Shown here: piece by piece, positions 13,694-27,624 of the stretch
Layout of the letters: every line of letters starts with the position of its first letter
How positions within the stretch are numbered: position 1 is the first letter of the stretch
Source: Octopus vulgaris
Lineage: Eukaryota
DNA: 64,000 nt
Direction: 5' to 3'
NCBI GenBank assembly: GCA_951406725.2
Contig: OX597833.1
Coordinates: 40,920,001-40,984,000, forward strand
Program-made: the position numbers and the translations under genes
Notes under the pieces: model-generated
Seen by the model: only the letters and a program-made list of their open reading frames with translations
Databases searched by the model: none
Told to the model about the DNA's origin: nothing

Positions 13694-14555
13694 ACAAACG
13701 GTAGCACAAAAACGATGAATTAAACAAAAAAACAAGAATCAACAAAAGCAGCAGTGAGAACAGCAGCAACAGCCGTCCAAGAATTTGAACCTGGAGAACT
13801 CCATTTCCAGCGACTTCGAGGGTCACCTCCCAGTGATGTCGGGCGTCAACGAAGAGCCCCCGACTACAACAAGACGACCAATTTTTTTTCTTTTTTTTTT
13901 CCAAGGTCTGGGGTCTCCCGCCCCTAAGCCCTAGACCATCACCTAATCACCCTAACCCGTCTTGCTGCTTAACAACAACAACAACAACAGCAACAGTGGT
14001 ACTAACGGTAGCAGTGCATCAGTAGAAAGATAAGACACCGTTAGCAGAATCATGCTGACATCGAGGTCATTTTCACACACAGCATCAGTTATCACTTAAT
14101 GACACAGTCATATATACTTCACGTAGAGACATTAGGTTGCAGTTGTAGTCGTAGAGTCACTGTAGACGTCAAGAGCATCGTTATTAGCACTTCGTATTTG
14201 CAATGAGGTCTTCCTTCCGCATCCTCAACTAGTAAATTAAGTGATCTGATCTCAATAACTAACAACAGTTACCTACATCAACCAGTTCAACCGGTTAAAG
14301 ACGGTTGAAGCCGCTATGACTTAGCTCCGAATGCAGTTCTATGTTTAGTAGTTGAGTATGTGTAATTCTCCAATCCTGTCAAAGAGTACGCGAATGCATA
14401 CGTATCATGGCATCGACCAGAATATCGGATATCGGAGTACACCATCAGCCACAACGTGGTTTCCCGAAATGTTTTTACTTTAGAATGATGCCATCCCGCT
14501 GGCTTAGACGGGCAGGCCAACTACATATATGCATATACATACAAGCATACATATA

Positions 14556-14625
<70 letters not shown>

Positions 14626-14795
14626 TATATTTTACTTTTTATTAAAATTTTATGTATTGATTAAGTCTTTCCTTGTTTGTTTTGCAAAATAGTGGTTTTG
14701 TCTCTAATTAATATTATATAATATTTTACTATAAAATTGGATTTAATCCTAAATCTGATTTTTTCCCTGTAATTTTGGATTTATTCCCTAATATT

Positions 14796-15170
<375 letters not shown>

Positions 15171-15675
15171 AGTCTTTGACTGTATTTTTATGCATATGAT
15201 GCCTGTACTTATTTCCTTAATATGTCTCACCTAAGGTTATCTTCAGCGGGGTTTCGTTGTAAGTTCATATGCAATTGCAGCTCTTTTTGTAGCATACATA
15301 GCGAGAAACTTTGAGTTACGACAGTGCGAATCATCGGTTTGAAAGGAACAAACAAAAATCCATTGTATCTGTTGAGTACTTTTTATGCTGTTTTGACATG
15401 TACTTTATTTAATCGGTAGGGCGAAATGCAATGTTGACTCCAGTGGGATTTGAACTCAGTACTAAAAAGACCGTAACTCAATACCTGAATACATTTTGTC
15501 AGATATGTTAACGATTCCATCAATCTCAAATAATTTTGGCGCAAAGCCAGTAATTTTAAGGTTGGAGGCTAGTCGATTGCATCGACCCTAGTTCTTAACT
15601 GATACTTATTTTATCGCCCTCGAAAGGATGAAAGGCAAATTCGACCTTGAATACTACTACTACTACTACTACTAC

Positions 15676-15728
<53 letters not shown>

Positions 15729-15761
15729 GTTATTATTATTATTATTATTATTATTATTGTT

Positions 15762-15857
<96 letters not shown>

Positions 15858-16399
15858 GAGTGAGAGAGCAGTTCATGCCATCAAAGTGACACTGGGGTAA
15901 AATATACGAAGCCCAATATACCTATCATGACTACCCGTCTGATAAGGGTACACCAGGTACATGCATCACAACCATATGTGCGCGACATGGTGATCTCATA
16001 TCAAGATAAACAGCACATGACCTTGCAGGTGGGGCCCAGTTAGAGTTTTCTTCAGGTTGAGTAGCCCATCCCGCTCAAAAGGTCCCTGAATAAGGGTTGT
16101 TTAAGGATGTTGAAAGAACCACCCATGTTTCCAGAGGTGAATTATTCAAACCCCAAAGAATCCCTCTCAACACAAGGCTATGATGCTCCCCCACTACTTC
16201 TGCTCGTGATCAGAGATGCACATATCGTCAGCCACTAAGGGACATGCTCAACTGGTTACGGTCAAACAACTGACAAGCAAATCTGTGGTATTGATCAGAA
16301 TATTTTCTGTAGCCCATCTTTTATACCAAGACAAAACAATGTACATGATAACACTTCCAATCAGTTAAGATCAGCCATGAGAGCCACTGCCTGGTACTG
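15858..16399. mobile_element. ~540-bp non-coding element X embedded in (TTA)n
   Basis: (TTA)n arrays on both sides; homologous to 1-305 and, inverted, to ~24490-24643. Confidence 0.8.
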
Positions 16400-16409
16400 A
16401 ATTATTATA

Positions 16410-16457
<48 letters not shown>

Positions 16458-16459
16458 GT

Positions 16460-16581
16460 TCCAAATTTTGGCAAAAGGCCAGCAATTTCAGGTGATGTCG
16501 TTAAGTCGAATTCGTCAACCCTACAGCTTATCTGGTACTTATTTTATCAACCCCGAAAGGATAAAGTACACAGTTGACCTC

Positions 16582-16652
<71 letters not shown>

Positions 16653-16830
16653 GGCACAACCTGAAGTTTGGGGGAATGGGTTAGTCGATTACATCAACTC
16701 CAGTGCTTAGTTGGTACTTATTTAAAGCAAAGTCAACCTCGGCGGAATTAGAACTGAGAAATGAATAAACCAGAAGAAATGCCGCTCGGTATTTTGTCCG
16801 CCGCGCTAACGATCCACCGTACTTGTTGCC

Positions 16831-16835
<5 letters not shown>
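16460..16835 (-). mobile_element. Diverged SINE A fragments separated by (TAA)n
   Basis: ggtacttattttatcaaccccgaaagg; agtcaacctcggcggaatt. Confidence 0.7.
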
Positions 16836-16887
<52 letters not shown>

Positions 16888-16889
16888 TT

Positions 16890-16929
<40 letters not shown>

Positions 16930-17431
16930 CGATGATGATGATGATGATGATGATGACGATGATGACGATGATGATGATGATGACAATGATGACGATGATG
17001 ATGATGATGATGATGATGATAATGATGACGGTGATAACGATGACAACAAGAACAAAGACAAGAATGTCCTCAACAGTAGCAAAAAAATAATAGTCGACAA
17101 TTATACTTCCGATCAAGTTGCATTATGGGTCAAGTAGGGAGCTGTGATGCAACAAGGTTACGAAAATAGGGCTGGAACGGTGTTATTAGAATATCCTTAA
17201 TATCAAATGACACCGGGTCAATGCGGTGAATGAGAGAAGTGCTAAGAGTGAGTGTAGTGTGCTCGTCCTTGTCCATTAACTAATGGCAAGCTGATAATGG
17301 TGAGCTGCAGTGGACACCAGAGATGCTCATACTTAAATGATATGTTAGACGAGACAGTGTTCTCTCTTAATAATATGCTAACGTTTCTTAATTTCATATC
17401 CCATTTTCTCACGCACTCTGTATTCATGTGC

Positions 17432-17507
<76 letters not shown>

Positions 17508-17508
17508 G

Positions 17509-17548
<40 letters not shown>

Positions 17549-17600
17549 CATATATGTATGTATATGTATATATATGTATATATATGTATATATATGTATA

Positions 17601-17649
<49 letters not shown>

Positions 17650-17723
17650 ATATATATATGTATATATATATATATACACATAAGTATGTGTGTGTATGTC
17701 TGTATGTATGTACGTATGTATGT

Positions 17724-17945
17724 GAGGGCATGTGACCTAGTGGTTAAAATGTTGTACTCAAGATCGCAACATCGGGCTTTCGAATTCAGATTGTGGTTTA
17801 TATTCCCAGCCCAGAATTTTTGTTCTGTGTTCTTGTGCTAAATATTCCATTCCACATTGCTCCTGCGATCACTTCGCCATCTGATGTATAACACACTGTG
17901 TACCTGCACGGGCAATGCTGATTTAACAGTGCCAAAGTACGGAAT
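17724..17945 (+). mobile_element. Diverged SINE D-like element with another tail (T5)
   Basis: tRNA-like gacctagtggtt head and ctgtgttcttg...cacattgctcc core; tail tgcgatcacttc... recurs at ~34299-34365. Confidence 0.55.
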
Positions 17946-18451
17946 ACAAACGAAATAATCCTTGAGTGGACTTTCGAAGGTAAAGAAGTCAAGGTTGTCT
18001 GCATTCAATAAAACTATGTATCACAATGCCTCCCCAGTGCCAGTACCAGTATCAGAGTTTGGAATTCTTGATTTTATTAAAATTCTAGAGAAGATATCAT
18101 AATTACCAAATGGCAATTGAGATAAGAAGGGGAGATACTTTCAAGATTCCTGTATTCTCCAAAGCTGACATAATATTAAGGAAAAGGATAGACTTAATGT
18201 CTGGGGATAAGAGGTCGGTCATGTACACGTATTTCTGCTTCAATAGCCGTCATCAGCATGCCAATTGTCCGACCTTATTTCCAGTAACCAGGGTATTTAG
18301 ACTTATACAAAAAGAAAAACAAAGCATGAAACCATTAAGGTCGGAGGAATTCTTATACACACCCGCACGCACGCACGCGCACGAACGCTCACACACACAC
18401 ACACACACATGCACACCCTAACCCTAACATATAAATACACAAAAGTATATA

Positions 18452-18678
18452 TAAGAGGGGATACTGAAAAATTCCTGACTTTGGGTAAAAGAAAATACAA
18501 GAGGATAAGTTGATTATGATTTTATTCAACGTATCCGCTCCCATTCAGATTCACACACTTATTGCAACGGCGGTCCTTCAGTTTTTCTAAGCCTTGTAAA
18601 AGAACTCGGAAAGTTGGGACCCCAATCAGGCCTTGTGCAATACTCTTAAAGCCAGGCACTTTTCAGCACCTTTTCGTA
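18452..18678. mobile_element. Mariner-type MITE (~225 bp)
   Basis: TIRs ta-agaggggatactgaaaaattcctgacttt / aaagccaggcacttttcagcaccttttcg-ta; inverted second copy at 51594-51808. Confidence 0.85.
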
Positions 18679-18734
18679 CATGAATGCATAACATTTCTAA
18701 ACGTGTGTTTGGGCATGTATATATCGGATGTTCC

Positions 18735-18913
18735 TGGAGCGGGCGGCGCGCTGTGTTCCTGAGCAAAACGCTTCATTTCACGTTGCTCCAGTCCACTCAG
18801 CTGGCAAAAATGAGTAATCGTGCGACGGTCCGGCGTCTCGTCCAGGTGGGTAATATATACACCACTGAAACCAGGAAACCTGACCTCATGAGCCTGGCAT
18901 GGCTCAAGAAGGA

Positions 18914-18915
<2 letters not shown>
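18735..18915 (+). mobile_element. 5'-truncated SINE D, tail T4
   Basis: catttcacgttgctccagtccactcagctggcaaaaatgagt...gaaaccaggaaacc...catgagcctggc; colinear with 33710-33870. Confidence 0.8.
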
Positions 18916-18970
<55 letters not shown>

Positions 18971-18972
18971 TG

Positions 18973-19505
18973 TACGATGGGTAAATTATCGCCATTTTAT
19001 ATTTTTTATTTCGCGTATGTGCATTGTTTGTTTTTGATTTTGTCGACTACACAGTATAGCAGGGTCAGTTGGGCACCGTTTGTGAGAAAAAAAAGCAGCA
19101 CCATGACGCAATTCACCCTACCAGAAATCTGGAAACGATATGCTGTACTGCTTGGCATTCGTGCCGGACAATTCCAACATTTCAAAGTGTTGGGTGTCAA
19201 TCTGAGTCCCCAGAACATGTACCGAGAGTGATAAAAATGAAGCATCCCGTCAACATCATGGTGTTTGGAGTGATCACTTGTGATGCTGACATTATGCCTT
19301 ATCTTTCCACACGGCCTCAGACTCAGCACAGAAGCCTACATCAAGTGCCTGGAGGAGGTAGTGATGCCGTGAGTCAAAAGGGTGGCTGCTGGAAGGCCCT
19401 ACGTCTGGCAACAGGACTCTGTACCATGCCACACAAGTTGGAGAACTGTCATGGCTGTCAGACAATTTCTACGGCCACATCACCCCTAATATCTGGCCAC
19501 CTAAC
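18973..19505 (+). pseudogene. maT/DD37D (Tc1/mariner superfamily) transposon relic, internally deleted
   Basis: ta-cgatggg left end; KHPVNIMVFGVITCDADIMP, then IFPHGLRLSTEAYIKCLEEVV...GRPYVWQQDSVPCHTS...NIWPPN, where it breaks off. Confidence 0.85.
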
Positions 19506-20030
19506 ATTTCCAAGGATTTCAACATTGCATCCATCTCAACAATTTCAAAAGCCATTTCCTAATCTACAAAATCAACACACAGACTTGTATTCATTTGCTC
19601 GATCTATGAGCTGTGTTAGAGTGATTATTTGATCTATCGTACTGCAGTTCCTATGGAAACATGCTTGCTCTCTCGGCTGTTGTTTATCGAGATGTTTCGA
19701 TTGTCTGGTGACTGTGACCTTTGTAAACAGCTTATAGAGGCGAGACAAGAGGCATATGGGGGTGATAATTTTTAAAATCTTCTTTATCACCTTTACAATG
19801 AAGCAAGATGGAATCTGACTCTTTCCACAGCGTGGGTATTTTATCTGCCTTCAGACAGCGATTGAAGCATAGAACGAGGATTTCCATTGCTCTTCACCTC
19901 CGCATCTCTGTTGTGATATGTTTAGCATCTTTGTTGTGATATGTTTCTCAGGAGTTTTGCCTGTTTCCATCAGTTTCAGGGCATTTTCAGTTTTACTGAC
20001 CTGAATATGCATAGAGGTGGGAATCTGGGA
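19500..20030 (-). pseudogene. RTE-clade RT, N-terminal part (inverted segment)
   Basis: ENALKLMETGKTP...; PICLLSRLYKLFTK...QQPREQACFHRNCSTIDQI...; LIFVD*EMAFEIVE...SLEMLG. Confidence 0.85.
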
Positions 20031-20034
20031 GGAT

Positions 20035-20400
20035 TAAAGGAGTGTGTGTATATGTATATCAAACAGCTCAGAGATGTGAACCCTGGATGCATAACAGATA
20101 TAGCTCAGCTATCACCACTTGTAAGGATTTCAGTTGGGAAGGGTGTTAAGCAAGGAGATACCATCACTCCAAAGCTCTTTACCGCATGTCTGGAAATGGT
20201 CTTCAGAGATATTGGTTGGACAGGAATCGTGAACGTTAATGGCCAGCAAGTATCACACTTCTGATTTGCAGACGACATTGCAGTTTCGCTGAAACCACGG
20301 ACCAGCTGCAGACTATGTTGACAGAGCTGGACACTCATAGCTCAGCAGTAGGCCTTAAAATGAAAAGCATGGAAACCAAATATGTGAGGTCGGAAAACGT
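20035..20400 (+). pseudogene. RTE-clade RT, C-terminal core
   Basis: YIKQLRD...GKGVKQGDTITPKLFTACLE...HF*FADDIAV...VGLKM. Confidence 0.88.
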
Positions 20401-20464
20401 AGCACACACACACACGCTAGCGCGCGCACACATACGCACACACACATACAGAAGCATATATATG

Positions 20465-20526
<62 letters not shown>

Positions 20527-21060
20527 CATATATATATATATCTATATATATATATATGTATATATGGGTATGTGTGTGTTGTGTGTGTATGTATGCATAC
20601 ACATATATGTATATATACATATATATGTATGTGTATGTATATATATATATATATTCGTATGAACGCACACATACATACATATATATGTATGTAAATACTA
20701 CATACACACACAATTTGGGTACCATGTGAGTCACTGAGATTTAATAATTATACGCAGTCACACAAATGCATAGACATATTCATGTACGCACATTAACACA
20801 TCTATGCATGTCTGTTTATAAAGGATGTACACACATCATTACGTAAGACTTGTAACTCTGTATACTCGGAATGTGTGTATGTGTGTATGCATATAAGTGT
20901 CTATGTATGTATGTATGTATGTATGTATGTATGTATGTATGTATGTATGTATGTATGTATGTATGTGTATATATATGTATGTATGTATCTATCTATCTAA
21001 TTATCGCTGTTTCTTTCTTTCTTTCTTTCTCTCACTTTCTCTTTCTCTCTTTCTCCCTCT

Positions 21061-21129
<69 letters not shown>

Positions 21130-21229
21130 CATATACACATACACACACTAATAAATATGCAGACAAACTTACGTGCACACACCTTCATACACACGTACAC
21201 ATACAAACACATGCGAGCACACACACGCA

Positions 21230-21291
<62 letters not shown>

Positions 21292-21750
21292 AATGGTAAA
21301 AAATCCGTTGATGGTAACAGAAGTAGCTACTGCCGAATATAAAGCTTATATAACCACAACTTCTAATAAACGTATTTAATAATATAAATACACTCAACTA
21401 AATTTACACACGCCATTATATCATTATTCATAGAAAATTGGTTTTCAAAATACTGACCTTTGACCTGTGGTACAACTTTGGTGTCAAATTGGTTTATTAT
21501 TTTCAATTAGGAGTGTCATTGACTAATTTAATGGTTTATGCTCCATTCACCCAGTCGTTCTTTAACTGACCGGAAGTTTGTCTATATTGACATCTACATA
21601 GTTAAGTGTTTTTTCGTACGTATGTATATATGTATTTCTGAATGTACGTGTGTGTGTGTGTGCGTGTGTATGCTTGTATGTAAGTAAGTTTGCATGTATA
21701 CAAACGTATATCCCTACACACAAACACGCACATACGTATATATCTATGTT

Positions 21751-21818
<68 letters not shown>

Positions 21819-21837
21819 TATATATATATATATGTAC

Positions 21838-21872
<35 letters not shown>

Positions 21873-22669
21873 TGTACGTATGTATGTATGTATGTATATA
21901 CACTCATGTTGTTATATGTGTGTGAATGTGAATGTGTTTAAGTGTGTATGGAAGCACTGTGAGAGAGTGTCTGTAAGTGTTAGCATTTTTGTGCGGATAT
22001 GTATTTATTTGCATATATATATATATATATGAAACAGAGTTCTCTGTTAGTGTGTGTGTGTATGTGTGTGTGTGTTTGCTTCTTATGGATTCGAAAACAG
22101 TGTTGCCGATTTTAATGTATGAGGTATCAAAAGGTTCAGTAATCTTTCGGTTACCAAATAAAATGATTTTTTTTTTTGCACAACAACTCTTTTTTAGTAC
22201 AAAAATAACCTCGAAAATGAGGTCGGGTCGCACAATTTTGAGGACTTTAGCTAAGGGAAGCAACTCTGCCTGACACAATTTTTAAAAGAAATCTGGATAT
22301 CTTTCTTACTTCTAACCATTCAATTTTTTATTGTTGGAAGTCAAGTACCCTGAGGTGTGCATATAGTGTTACCGTATAGAGGGGAAGTTCAATACGAAGT
22401 TTTGAACTCATCTTGTGGTTAGTAATCCATTACTATTAGTTTGAAGCTATTAAGTCTTTAAACATTTTACTGGGTTTAGTCTTTCGACTGTCGCCATGAT
22501 GGGGCATCACCTTCAAAAATTTAATTGATCATACTGACCTCAGTACGTATTTCAATCTGGCATTTATTTTATAGATCTCTGCTTGATGAACTGCTAACTT
22601 TGAGACATAGTGCGACACAATACACGATTTAACGACAAATGTAAACAGATACACACGCACACACATATT

Positions 22670-22820
22670 AGGTGCAAGAATGACTGTGTGGTTTAGAAGT
22701 TTGCTTCTCAACCACATGATTCCACGTTCAGTCCCTCTGCACAGTACCTTGGGTAAACGTTTTCTACTATAGCCCAAGCCCAACCACAGACTTGTGGCTG
22801 AATTTGGTAGATGGAAACTG
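22670..22820 (+). mobile_element. SINE B 5' portion
   Basis: gactgtgtggtttagaag...ttcagtccc...accttgggtaaa...tttggtagatggaaactg. Confidence 0.75.
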
Positions 22821-22949
22821 CAGCCTTGTTCATCAGGAAATGACTGAAAAACATATTTATAAAGAAGAGTTATTTGCTTCATACTCCTCGTGTGCCGTTT
22901 CTGCCCATAACAAGGGAAGAAATAATACAATGTGGCTGTTGGCATAACA

Positions 22950-22977
22950 CCCGGGCAACGCCGAGATGCATTGCTAG
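22950..22977 (+). mobile_element. Helitron-like 3' terminus
   Basis: CCCGGGCAACGCCGAG-atgcattg-CTAG-t, followed by TA-rich DNA. Confidence 0.65.
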
Positions 22978-23239
22978 TATATACATATGATATAAAATTA
23001 TATACATTAATATATATATAAATATATACATATATATACATATATGTATATAAAATATACATACATATATATATACATATATATATATATATACATGCAT
23101 ATATATATACATATACATATATACACATACATATATATATATACATACATATACATACATACGCATATACATACGTACGTACGTACATACATACATAGAT
23201 TTAGATATGTACATATTTGTTTTTATATGTGAGAGAGAG

Positions 23240-23275
<36 letters not shown>

Positions 23276-23799
23276 TGTGTGTGCATGCGTTTGTGCGTAC
23301 GAGTGCATTTCTGTAGATATACCTTCTCAGAGCAGAAGAATATACTGGAAACCAGCAGAAGTGTGACACTTCATACCCCACACTGACATCTTATTCACTA
23401 TATCACTGTTAGTTAGAGACCCCTATACGAATAGAGATTAGATTGCAAGTGTTCCCCTTACGATATTCAAGTCACCACACTTCAGAGGTTCGATATTCCC
23501 GATGCTTCAAAATACATTTTCATTGCATATTAGCTGTGAAACTGAAGGTTCCAGAGGTACTCGCCACATAGGAAGCTAGTATGAATGGTAAATGATTCTC
23601 TCTAAGTTGTGATACAAAACCACCAGAAGCAAGAGGAAAAGACCTTCATGACTGATTCGTTGAGGCTCCGGCGTAATGGCCAGCATCCTAAATGATATGC
23701 GCAGCACTCACAGAATAACTCTTGATAACTTTCTCATTACATTCTCTGTAATGCATCGAAGAGCTCTTCGAAGCAAGACTCGATGTAGCAAAAGTCTCC

Positions 23800-24160
23800 A
23801 AAGGTTAGTGGTTACTTCTGGGAATGACCGTTTCATCGCTACATCACAGAACTATGGAATCAGAAGTCATTTACCTCAAGATTAGAAGGATGTTAAGGTC
23901 GTCACCATCTACTAAAACGATGAAGACAACACTGATCAAAAACTGGTGGTATACCATTTCTTGTCCATTCCTGGGAATGTTTTGGGCAGGATTGTAGTCG
24001 GAAGACTTGTTCAAAGAAAATCAGAAAACATCAGAGCCACAGTGTCATCTTCGCTGTGACTGAGGCACAGTCAACATATTTATTACAAGGCAACTACAGT
24101 ATAAATGTTGGGAACATCTGGACCTATTCATTACATTTATAGATTTGTTAAAGGTTTTTG
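23800..24160 (+). pseudogene. RTE/BovB-like RT relic
   Basis: LPQD*KDVKVVTIY...GIPFLSIPGNVLGRIVVGRL...EPQCH...TRQLQYKCWE...LFITFIDL. Confidence 0.75.
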
Positions 24161-24304
24161 CAAAGCTAAGATACAGATTAGTATATTCCACCCACATCAC
24201 TTAAATTGACTGCAAAAAACATTGTTCAGTGTTGGCACCTATAGAGGAAGATCTTAAGCTTTTGCTGATAGCAACCATAACACTATTACAATTTTTTTCT
24301 TTGT

Positions 24305-24732
24305 CTTTGATCAGTAAGTGTTATTTCCTATTTGCTTCTATCTAGAAATCAAAGAAAATTATTACTATTCCCTTCAAAATTTGCTTTTGTGACCAGGACA
24401 TCAATGCTTTGAAACCGACTTATTTTCCATTACATTTCAGACAGAGTCACCGTTGAGTTGCAGGAGCAGAAATATCGTTAGAGTAAATATTCTGCTCGAT
24501 ACAATAGATTTGCTTGTCAGTTGCATGACCATAACCATTTGAGCATGTCCTTTAGTGGCTGACAATACGTGCATCTCTGACTATGAGGAGTAGTGGGGGA
24601 GCATCATGGCCATGTGTTGAGGGGGATTCTTTGGGGTTTGAATAGATGTAACAAAAGCAAAGTTTGAAAGAAATAATCATTTTTCATACTTTCTAGGGGT
24701 AAGCAAATAGGAAATAACAGTTGCTACCCAAG
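24305..24732. mobile_element. MITE-like element with ~75-bp imperfect TIRs
   Basis: tgttatttcctatttgctt...caaaatttgcttttgt (24319-24390) is inverted at ~24650-24719. Confidence 0.7.
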
Positions 24733-25038
24733 GTCAAAATTCGTGTTACACTGTGTGATCGCAAACGCAGCATAAATATTACAAAGGGAGTTTACAATGA
24801 TCTCAGTTCGTACACTGAATTGTACAAAGAGACAATGTACCATTAACATAAAACAATTTTGGATAAGTTCTTCGGCCCTCAAATAGATATTGATGACGAT
24901 GAACTAAAAAAATAGAAACTAGTGCCCCTCATCTTTATGTAACTTTCATTACACAATCACCAGCCCTCACATAGTAGTCAACACAGTTTGTGGTAAAAAG
25001 GAACCCTATTACGATATTAGGGTTCTTATTTTTTCCCT

Positions 25039-25352
25039 GTGGAGGCGCAATGGCCCAGTGGTTAGGGTAGCGGACTCGCGGTTGTAGGATCGCGGTTTCG
25101 ATTCTCAGACCGGGCGTTGTGAATGTTTATTGAGCGAAAACACCTAAAGTTCCACGATGCTCCGGCAGGGGGGGGGGGGCGATCCCTGCTGTACTCTTTC
25201 GCTACAACTTTCTCTGACTCTTTCTTCTGTTGGCCTGCTCGCTTAGCCAGCGGGGTGGCGTCATTTGAAGGCTAAAACAATGCGAAGCGCATTGTGACCA
25301 GTGATGTGTAGCAAAATCTGATAGCCTGGTCAGTCACGGTGATCACGGTGAT
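25039..25352 (+). mobile_element. SINE family C, tail T3
   Basis: Same head as 11121; tail ...gcgaagcgcattgtgacc...ctgatagcctggtcagt(cacggtgat)2. Confidence 0.9.
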
Positions 25353-25939
25353 TTATTCCTTAACGTTTTTTCTTCAAATGTTTTTATAGATACATATTGT
25401 GCTGTGCATATTTACAAATTGTTATTTTCATGCACAGAAACCGCCATGTTTATTTCCCCTTTTTTCAAAAAGAATCCGTCGATATGCGTTATCAATTTAA
25501 AACATGAAAATCAACTCGAAAATTAAGTTCGCCTGACGAGATTTCGCGTTACATGTTCTGTGAAGTACTGTCTCCGTAACACAGGGGATTCCTGTACACA
25601 TATGTTTATTTACATTTAAATTAAATTTATTTTCTTGTTAGTCCCCGATTACATTTTTGTGACGTTCATGTTTTTCACAAGGTCATTAATGACGTAAGCA
25701 ATAAGAATACCACAAAGGTTTATTTATTTTGCAGTTTTCAAGAAATTAATTTTACCTTCTTTTACATATAATGGGAAAGAAAGAATGGGGGGAAACAAGA
25801 AGATGCACAGAGTTTTCAGTTCTAAAAAAACATTTTTGGCTAAGTGTTGTTGTTGCTAGTTGTTGTTGTTGTTGTTGTTGTTGTTGCTGCTGCTGTTTTT
25901 ATTGTTGCTGTTTTTCTTTTTGTTGTTGTTGTTTAACCC

Positions 25940-26468
25940 AATGTCAACCCCAGTGCGTAACTGTTATTTAATTTATCGACCCCGAAAGGATGAAAGACAA
26001 AGTCGACCTCGGCGGAATTTGAACTCAGAACGTAACAGCAGACGAAATACCTATTTCTTTATTACCCACAAGGGGCTAAACCTAGAGGGGACAAACAAGG
26101 ACAGGCATAGGTATTAAGTCGATTACATCTACCCCAGTGCATAACTCGTACTTAATTTATCAACCCTGAAAGGATAAAAGGCAAAGTCAACCTCAGCGGA
26201 ATTTGAACTCAGAACATATCAGCAGACAAAATACCTATTTCTTTACTACCCACAAGGGGCTAAACATAGAGGGGACAAACAAGGACAGACAAACGGATTA
26301 AGTCGATTACATCGACCCCAGTGCGTAACTGGTACTTAATTTATCGACCCCGAAAGGATGAAAGGCAAAGTCGACCTCGGCGGAATTTGAACTCAGAACG
26401 TAACGGCAGACGAAATACGGCTACGCATTTCGCCCGGCGTGCTAACAATTCTGCCAGCTCTCCGCCTT
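25940..26468 (-). mobile_element. SINE A trimer (184-bp period)
   Basis: cagtgc(g/a)taac recurs at 25951, 26135 and 26319; a single complete head at the right end. Confidence 0.9.
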
Positions 26469-26878
26469 TGGTGCTAGTAATAATATTGTTGGTGGTGACG
26501 GTGGCAATAGTGTTGGTATTGACCCTGGGAAACAGCGATGGTGGTAGTGGTCTGTCTTGGGGTTAATGATGGTGGTAGTCACGATAGAAGTGATACCATT
26601 TGTGTTGATGAAGATGGCAGTTGGTGGTGAAGGCAGTAGTGCTGGTTGTTATTGTTGTTGATTGGGGGCTGGTGTTGTAGCGGTGGGGAACGTGTGATGG
26701 TGATAGCGATGGCTGTAGTGGTGATTCCAGTGAGAGTGGCTGTAGGGGTTGAGACGGTGTTGGTGGTGGTGGTGGTGGGATCCGTAATTGTGATATCTCA
26801 AATAACGAAAGTACTCAGTGTATTTACTAATGTCCATTGGGAGAATTGTTTTCCACCCCGCACCCCACCGTATTCCCA

Positions 26879-26912
<34 letters not shown>

Positions 26913-27114
26913 TTATATGTTCACCAAACACCACCACCAGCCGCTAACTGCCGCCTCCGCCGTCACCACCACTGCCACCGCCGCCGCCTAATGTACATTT
27001 GTAGTAATTTAGTTATTCTATTGGGGATGGGGAATTAAAACAAAAAAAAACAAGTTCGGCATGCCCTACTGAATCTTAATTAAGTTGTTGTAGACATTAA
27101 CACGAGGGAATGTC

Positions 27115-27548
27115 TATGTATGCATGTATGTATGTATGTATGTATGTATGTATGTATGTATGTATGTATGTGTGTGTATGTATGTATGTATGTATGTATG
27201 TATGTATGTATGTATGTATGTATGTATGTATGTATGTATGTGTGTGTATGTATGTATGTATGTATGTATGTATGTATGTATGCATGTATGTGTGTATGTA
27301 TGTATGTGTGTGTGTATGTATGTATGTGCATATATGTATGTATGTATGTATGTATTTGTGTGTGTGTATGTATGTATGTATGTATGTATGTATGTGTGTG
27401 TGTATGTATGTATGTATGTATGTATGTGTGTGTATGTATGTATGTATGTATGTGTGTATGTATGTATGTATGTATGTATGTATGTATGTATGTATGCATG
27501 TATGCATGTATGTATGTATGTATGTATGAATGTATGTATGTATGTATG
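27115..27548. repeat. (TATG)n microsatellite with TG interruptions
   Basis: Direct reading. Confidence 0.97.
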
Positions 27549-27624
27549 CGCGTAGAGAGACTGGAAGAGAGGGAGAGAAGGACGTGTGGTCATCCGAGTG
27601 TGTGAGTGTATATTTTCAGTCTGT

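Noticed and set aside
25940-26468. Regularly spaced repeats suggestive of a CRISPR array
   Set aside because: Whole 184-bp units repeat with no unique spacers; SINE multimer in eukaryotic DNA, no cas genes.
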